Source of the DNA: an uncultured Flavobacteriaceae bacterium | GTDB lineage: Bacteria > Bacteroidota > Bacteroidia > Flavobacteriales > Flavobacteriaceae | NCBI GenBank assembly: GCA_964420345.1 | Contig: CAYQTF010000001.1 | Coordinates: 1 to 48,474, forward strand | Direction: 5' to 3' | DNA length: 48,474 bases | Part shown: piece after piece, positions 42,921 to 48,474 of the stretch | Numbering within the stretch: position 1 is the stretch's first letter | Layout of the letters: each line of letters starts with the position of its first letter | Notes under the pieces: generated by a model | Databases searched by the model: none | Told to the model about the DNA's origin: nothing | What the model saw: only the letters and a program-made list of their open reading frames with translations | Made by a program: the position numbers and the translations under genes

Positions 42921-45900
42921 ATGAAGAAAATTACGTTATTACTTATCTTTATAGCATTTTTTACTAATAATTTGCTGATACAGTCTCAAATAATAAACGA
43001 ACCAGCAAATTGGCCTAATGCAAATTGGACTATTAATGGTGTTTTTTCTGCAAGTGGTTTTGCACAAGACCCAAGAGTTTCTGCTAATTTTAGTTGGGAT
43101 GATGATGCTGCGGGTTCTGGTTCTTTATTCGATGATATAGCAGCAGAATCTCCAGTAATAAATTTAGTGTCAGCAATTCCAGCAGAACAACAGATACAAG
43201 TAACAGTAGATTACGTGTATAGAAGAGTTGGTGACGTTTTGACTCTAGAATGGTGGGATTTATCGACTGGGTTATGGATGCCTTGGCAACAATTTAGTAA
43301 TAACTCTAACAACTTAGATTTTAAAAGTTGTACAGGTATGCAAACATTTGTTAGTCAACCATTAATAATTGCAACTTTTACTACAACTCAGTTGTTAGGT
43401 TTTAAATATAGAATAAGATATAATGACAATGGTTTTGATTGGGGAATGTGTTTTGAATCGCCAACCTTAATTTCTTTAGAAACTCCACCATGTTTAGATG
43501 TATCTAATATTACTATAGATGCTGATGATATAACAGATTCTTCTGCAATTATTAGTTGGACTGATAATAACGGAGTCCCACCAAATAATGGTTGGGAAAT
43601 AGAATATGGAGAAACAGGTTTTGTACAAGGTGCAGGAACTACTGTAATCGCACTTTTAAATCCGTACACATTAACTAGTTTATTAAGTTCAACAACCTAT
43701 GATGTTTATATTAGAGCCTTATGTACCGATGATGAGCAAAGCGGTTGGGTTGGACCTGTGAGTTTTACAACAGAGCAAAGTTTTGATGTTTGTGGTCAAT
43801 TTGTAGATAGTGGTGGACCTAACGGGCAATATGATAATAATGAAGATACAACAACTACATTTTTTCCAGACGTTGCAGGTAATGTGGTGACTGTAAATTT
43901 CTTATCATTTAATACAGAAAGTTGTTGTGATGATTTAACAATTTATGATGGTGATACAATTGGTGCAACAGTTCTGGGAGTTTTTGCAGGTACTGATTTA
44001 CCACCAACATTTACTTCAACGCATGCAACAGGTGCTTTAACTTTTCGATTTGAATCGGATGGTTCAGTAGTAAGAGATGGTTGGGTAGCAAATATTATAT
44101 GCGGATTACCACCAACTTGTTTTGCACCAACTAATATTGTGGTTGCTAATATAGAAGAAGATAATGTAGATATAAGTTGGACAGATAACAATACACCAGA
44201 TCCAGTTGGTGGTTGGGAAGTTGAAGTAGTTGAGTCTGGTACTGCACCAACCGAGATAGGTACTATTACTTTTGTTACAAATCTAAACGTTACTGGTTTA
44301 AGTGCATCAACTTCTTATGATGTTTTTGTAAGAGCAATTTGTGATGAAAATGACGAAACAGATCAAAGTTTTTGGGTAGGAGCATCTTTTTCAACGCCAA
44401 TAGCACCTCCAGCATGTGATGGAGTCTATGTTGATTCTGGCGGACCAGATGGTAACTATTCAAATGGAGAAACTATAGAATATGTAATTTGTCCAGATAA
44501 TGCAGGAGATGTAGTTACATTGCAATTTTTAGAATTTAATACGGAAAATAATTGGGATGGTATAGCAATATTTAATGGTCCTAGTACAGGCTCACCAATT
44601 TTTGACTCTGGATATATTAATCCAGGTTTTGGTACAACTCCTAATGGCGGTTGGACTGGTAATACGGATTTTGTGCCAACTATTTTAACTTCAACAGATG
44701 CTTCTGGTTGTATAACAGTTGTATTTACTTCAGACGGTTCTGTAACAAGATCTGGTTGGATTGCAAACGTACTTTGTTCGCCACCACCTACATGTTTCAT
44801 TCCTGTAAATCTAAACGTTACAAATGTCACGTTTGATGCAGCAATATTAAGTTGGACAGAAACAACAACACCAACACCAGCAACAAATTGGAACGTAGAA
44901 ATAGTACCGGCAGGTACAGAACCAACAGGAGTTGGAATGCCAGTTACAGATAATCCATATACTGCAACAGGTTTAACTCCAGAAACATCGTATGATTATT
45001 ATGTACAAGCAGATTGTGGTAATGGCGATACTAGTTTTTGGGCAGGACCATTTAACTTTGTAACACCTGCTTCTTGTATTGTTGTATCTAACGTTAATTT
45101 TACAAATGTTAACTTTAATTCTGGTCAAGTAAATTGGACAGACACAAACCCTGTTTTGCCAATTGGTGGTTGGGATGTTGAATACTCATTTTCAGGTTTT
45201 GTACAAGGTACAGGAACCTTAGTTAATGTTGCTACGCCACCTACACTATACGATATGACAGGTTTAACGCCAAGTACAGATTATGATGTGTATATAAGAG
45301 TAAATTGTGCTACGGATGATTCAGATTCTAGTCTATGGGTTGGACCTTTTAGTTTTAGAACAGATGATGTGCCACCACCAAATGATACTTGTATAACAGC
45401 AATACCTTTAAATGTTACTGTTGCGTGCGAACCAATTATAGGTAATAATGTATTAGCTACAGAATCTTCGCTTTTAGAAGGTGAAGTATTACCATCAACT
45501 TGTGATTCTTATATTAATAATGCATTAGTATTAGATGTATGGTACTTGGTAGAAGTACCAGTTTCTGGGAATTTATATATGGAAACTGCAAGAATAAATG
45601 GTGGTATGGTTGATTCTGTATTAGCAGTCTATTCTGGTGAGTGCGGTAATTTAGTTGAGTTAGATTGTCAAGATGATTCTGTTGTTACAGATGAAGATGA
45701 TCCGGAATCTGCTTTCTTCTCAAGTATCTTTTTAAGAGACAGAACGCCTGGAGAAATATTATATATTAGAGTATGGTCATTGCCTGAATTTATTAGTGAT
45801 GGTGATGTACAACCTAACATACAAGGAGCGTTTACTATTTGTGTTTTAGGACAATCTAGAGCGTATCAATCACCTTTAGGTATTCAAGATGAGTTAAACG

Positions 45901-46133
45901 ATTTTAAACTTAGTTACTATCCAAACCCTGTTGATGCTATTTTAAATGTAACATCAGACAAAGAAATTGATCAAATAGTTGTTTATAATTTATTAGGGCA
46001 AGAGATACTAAATAAGAGTTTTAATAACGTATCTAATGTAATTTTAAATACGGAAAACTTTACACATGGTACTTATGTTGTAAAAGTATCTTCTGAAGGT
46101 TCTATAAAAACATTTAAATTTATAAAAAAGTAA
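42921..46133 (+). CDS. Large T9SS-secreted protein with alternating FN3-like and CUB-like modules
   Basis: Signal peptide. Four FN3-like modules (SWTD ... W(E/N/D)VE ... YDV(Y/F)(I/V)RA(L/I)C). Two CUB-like modules (C.. (F/Y)VDSGGP(N/D)G.Y ... DG(W)(V/I)ANI(I/L)C). C-terminal Por_Secre_tail-like domain (YYPNPV ... VVKVSSEGSIKTFKFIKK). Confidence 0.85.
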   Translation: MKKITLLLIFIAFFTNNLLIQSQIINEPANWPNANWTINGVFSASGFAQDPRVSANFSWDDDAAGSGSLFDDIAAESPVINLVSAIPAEQQIQVTVDYVYRRVGDVLTLEWWDLSTGLWMPWQQFSNNSNNLDFKSCTGMQTFVSQPLIIATFTTTQLLGFKYRIRYNDNGFDWGMCFESPTLISLETPPCLDVSNITIDADDITDSSAIISWTDNNGVPPNNGWEIEYGETGFVQGAGTTVIALLNPYTLTSLLSSTTYDVYIRALCTDDEQSGWVGPVSFTTEQSFDVCGQFVDSGGPNGQYDNNEDTTTTFFPDVAGNVVTVNFLSFNTESCCDDLTIYDGDTIGATVLGVFAGTDLPPTFTSTHATGALTFRFESDGSVVRDGWVANIICGLPPTCFAPTNIVVANIEEDNVDISWTDNNTPDPVGGWEVEVVESGTAPTEIGTITFVTNLNVTGLSASTSYDVFVRAICDENDETDQSFWVGASFSTPIAPPACDGVYVDSGGPDGNYSNGETIEYVICPDNAGDVVTLQFLEFNTENNWDGIAIFNGPSTGSPIFDSGYINPGFGTTPNGGWTGNTDFVPTILTSTDASGCITVVFTSDGSVTRSGWIANVLCSPPPTCFIPVNLNVTNVTFDAAILSWTETTTPTPATNWNVEIVPAGTEPTGVGMPVTDNPYTATGLTPETSYDYYVQADCGNGDTSFWAGPFNFVTPASCIVVSNVNFTNVNFNSGQVNWTDTNPVLPIGGWDVEYSFSGFVQGTGTLVNVATPPTLYDMTGLTPSTDYDVYIRVNCATDDSDSSLWVGPFSFRTDDVPPPNDTCITAIPLNVTVACEPIIGNNVLATESSLLEGEVLPSTCDSYINNALVLDVWYLVEVPVSGNLYMETARINGGMVDSVLAVYSGECGNLVELDCQDDSVVTDEDDPESAFFSSIFLRDRTPGEILYIRVWSLPEFISDGDVQPNIQGAFTICVLGQSRAYQSPLGIQDELNDFKLSYYPNPVDAILNVTSDKEIDQIVVYNLLGQEILNKSFNNVSNVILNTENFTHGTYVVKVSSEGSIKTFKFIKK

Positions 46134-46138
46134 AATTA

Positions 46139-46187
46139 AAAAATTATTGTAAAGACGTTTTGCAAAACGTCTTTACAATAATTTTTT
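46139..46187 (+). terminator. Long perfect palindrome terminator (24-bp arms)
   Basis: 46139-46186 is self-complementary and followed by T. The core TAAAGACGTTTTGCAAAACGTCTTTA is identical to 29480-29505. A second hairpin lies at 46196-46224. Confidence 0.8.
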
Positions 46188-46298
46188 AAAATTTTAAAAT
46201 CTCTTTTTTAAAAAAAGAGATTTTTCTTTTGTAAACTTATTTTTTTAAAGTATCTTTACGTTTATTAAATATAAATATTAACTTAAATTTTATTAATT

Positions 46299-48326
46299 AT
46301 GAAAAAAATTACATTATTAGTAGCAATGCTTTTAGTAAGTATTGTAACTTTCTCTCAAGTTATTGATCGACCTTCAGCTGGAGGAACTGCTATTATTTCA
46401 GTAGATGGTATTGATGGAAATCAAGTCTTTGTTGCGGATAACTTTACGCTAGCATCTGCTACTGATTTAGGAGAATTAGATATTTTTGGTACCAATTCGA
46501 ATGCTGCATTAGCAGGTAATTTAACAGGTTTTAGTGTGTATATCTATACAGATGCTACATCTTTCCCTTCAGGTGACCCAAATATGGCTGCAACAGGTGT
46601 TGTTGAAATGCCAAATGTTCCATTAACTGCAATAACAGTTGTAAATGACGATGTACCTAATGGAGTTGATCTAGCGCTAAGTGATTACACAATTGATTTA
46701 GTTGCTGCAAATGGTGGTACTGCTATTAATTTGCCTGCAGGTGATTATTGGTTAGTTATAGCTGCTGTAACAAACGATTCTTTGGGTACTGGTAGATGGA
46801 ATTGGTCAGCTTCAGCAGAAGTAGCTGCAGTAGAACCTGTATTAATAGATCCAGCAGATTTATTTGGTGTAGGAGCAACGTCTTGGACTAATGTTTCAGG
46901 ATTAATTGGTGCGACTATGTCTTCTGCTGCATGGCAACTTAGAGAACCTGCTGCTCCAATATTTGATGCTTGTGGAGGTCAATATGTTGACTCTGGTGGA
47001 GTTGATGGAGATTATGCTGCTACTGAATCAATTACAACTACAATAAACCCAGATAATGCTGGAGATAAAGTAACTGCAACATTTACTTATGTAGATATAG
47101 AAACTTCAGGAGGAACAGGTACTCAAGATGGTTGTTGGGATTTCTTAACAGTTTATGACGGTCCTGATACATCTTCACCAGTATTAGCTGCAACTTTATG
47201 TGGTGAAGAAAGTGGTGATGGTAGTGTGTCTGGAACTGCGACCAGTGTGTTAAGTATTGGTGATTCTTTTACTTCTACTCATGCTAGTGGAGCGTTAACT
47301 TTTGTATTTACTTCAGATGGTTCAATTCAAGAAACTGGTTGGGAAGCAGATATTACTTGTGAACCTTCATGTCTTGCACCAACAGAATTAACCGCAACTA
47401 ATATAACTACAGAAGGTGCTGATTTAGGTATTACAGAAAACAATACTCCAGCTGCAACTGAATGGGATGGAGAATTAGGATTACCTGGTTTTACTCCTGG
47501 TACTGGGACTGAAGTTGCTATGATAACAACAACTGATAATCCGTTTACTGCTGTAGGATTAGACAGTAATATAACATATGAGTTTTATGTTAGAGCTGTT
47601 TGTAGTGCAACTGATAGTAGTGCTTGGGCAGGTCCTTTATCTTTTACGACAGAAGAAATACCTGCTGTAGATTTAACTTGTGGTGATGATTATTATGATA
47701 CTGGTGGACAAGCTGGTGATTACTCTAATGATGAAAGTGTTACAACTGTAGTAGTACCTGATACTGCTGGAGAAGTTGTAACAGTAACTTTTACTTATGT
47801 AGATATAGAAACTGCTGGTGGTAGTGGAACCCAAGATGGATGTTGGGATTTCTTAACAGTTTATGATGGTCCAGATATTTCCGCACCTTTACTAGCTGCT
47901 ACTTTGTGTGGTGAGACAGATGGTGATGGTGGCGTTTCTGGTACAGCAACAAGTGTATTAGAACCAGGTATGTCATTTACTTCTACACATGCAAGTGGTG
48001 CATTAACCTTCGTATTTACTTCAGATAGTTCTGTTACTGAAACTGGTTGGGAAGCAAATGTTACTTGTGGTATTATTTCAGTTGCAAATAATGTAATTGA
48101 CGGTTTTAATTTTTATCCAAACCCTGCTAAGAATACTATTAACTTAACTGCTTTAAATACTATCGATAATGTAGAAGTATTTAATATGGTAGGTCAAAAA
48201 GTAATTTCTCAAAACTTAAATACTACAACAGGTCAATTAGATATTTCTAGATTGAGTACTGGTATGTACGTTATGAAAGTTACTTCTAACGATCAAGTTG
48301 GTTCTTACCAAATCGTTAAAAAATAA
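46299..48326 (+). CDS. T9SS-secreted protein with two near-duplicate CUB-like modules and one FN3-like module
   Basis: Signal peptide. Modules start at about 46968 and 47673, sharing FTYVDIET.GG.GTQDGCWDFLTVYDGPD ... SFTSTHASGALTFVFTSD ... ETGWEA. C-terminal sorting domain (FYPNPAKNTINL ... MYVMKVTS ... YQIVKK). Confidence 0.85.
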   Translation: MKKITLLVAMLLVSIVTFSQVIDRPSAGGTAIISVDGIDGNQVFVADNFTLASATDLGELDIFGTNSNAALAGNLTGFSVYIYTDATSFPSGDPNMAATGVVEMPNVPLTAITVVNDDVPNGVDLALSDYTIDLVAANGGTAINLPAGDYWLVIAAVTNDSLGTGRWNWSASAEVAAVEPVLIDPADLFGVGATSWTNVSGLIGATMSSAAWQLREPAAPIFDACGGQYVDSGGVDGDYAATESITTTINPDNAGDKVTATFTYVDIETSGGTGTQDGCWDFLTVYDGPDTSSPVLAATLCGEESGDGSVSGTATSVLSIGDSFTSTHASGALTFVFTSDGSIQETGWEADITCEPSCLAPTELTATNITTEGADLGITENNTPAATEWDGELGLPGFTPGTGTEVAMITTTDNPFTAVGLDSNITYEFYVRAVCSATDSSAWAGPLSFTTEEIPAVDLTCGDDYYDTGGQAGDYSNDESVTTVVVPDTAGEVVTVTFTYVDIETAGGSGTQDGCWDFLTVYDGPDISAPLLAATLCGETDGDGGVSGTATSVLEPGMSFTSTHASGALTFVFTSDSSVTETGWEANVTCGIISVANNVIDGFNFYPNPAKNTINLTALNTIDNVEVFNMVGQKVISQNLNTTTGQLDISRLSTGMYVMKVTSNDQVGSYQIVKK

Positions 48327-48350
48327 TTATAATAATTATTTTATAAAATT

Positions 48351-48381
48351 AAAGACTCCGAGAAATCGGAGTCTTTTTTTT
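48351..48381 (+). terminator. Rho-independent terminator
   Basis: AAAGACTCCG/CGGAGTCTTT stem followed by TTTTTTTT. Confidence 0.8.
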
Positions 48382-48474
48382 GTTTAATAATTTTATATTT
48401 GTAGTTAAATACAATTGACTTTGAATTTAGATTATTCCATAATAATACCTGTTTATAATAGACCTCAAGAAATT

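Overview
AT-rich chromosomal segment that looks like a Flavobacteriia (Bacteroidota) genome. Supporting signs are T9SS components and T9SS C-terminal sorting domains, the atpBEFHAG operon without atpDC, and TAnnTTTG -7 promoter boxes. No database search was possible, so all family names come from motifs I recognise by eye. The core backbone holds a LytS/LytTR two-component pair, an SLC12-like permease, a 2-hydroxyacid dehydrogenase, and atpBEFHAG preceded by bactofilin and AtpZ genes. It also holds SprE/PorW, an ABC ATPase with a polytopic membrane partner, rplM-rpsI, rpsB-tsf, recN, a DUF4835-like gene, coaBC, rpoZ, bamD, dapA, a BASS transporter, an acyltransferase, a DUF349 protein and fabI. 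The accessory content is as follows. (1) A ~7.4-kb element is integrated in the 3' end of tRNA-Arg(TCG), bounded by a 13-bp direct repeat (1636-1648 and 9033-9045). It carries a tyrosine integrase, a ParE-like TA pair, an RteC-like gene, an Xis-type HTH, a Rep-like protein, an XRE switch and a three-gene cassette of unknown function, but no conjugation or virion genes. (2) A C-M-R type II restriction-modification cassette (33268-35736) has a palindromic operator abutting the controller start codon. (3) Two copies of a ~225-bp MITE each have their own 7-bp target-site duplication. (4) A 3' remnant of an IS256-family transposase sits next to a perfect 2 x 90-bp tandem duplication. (5) A pervasive family of short-word (mostly 7-nt-periodic) intergenic repeats forms hairpins, including inside the atp operon. 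(6) Two adjacent large T9SS cargo proteins are built from CUB-like and FN3-like modules. No rRNA genes or CRISPR arrays were seen. The best candidate for something undescribed is the tRNA-Arg island, especially its XRE-controlled three-gene cassette and Rep-like module. This remains a hypothesis that needs homology and structure searches.
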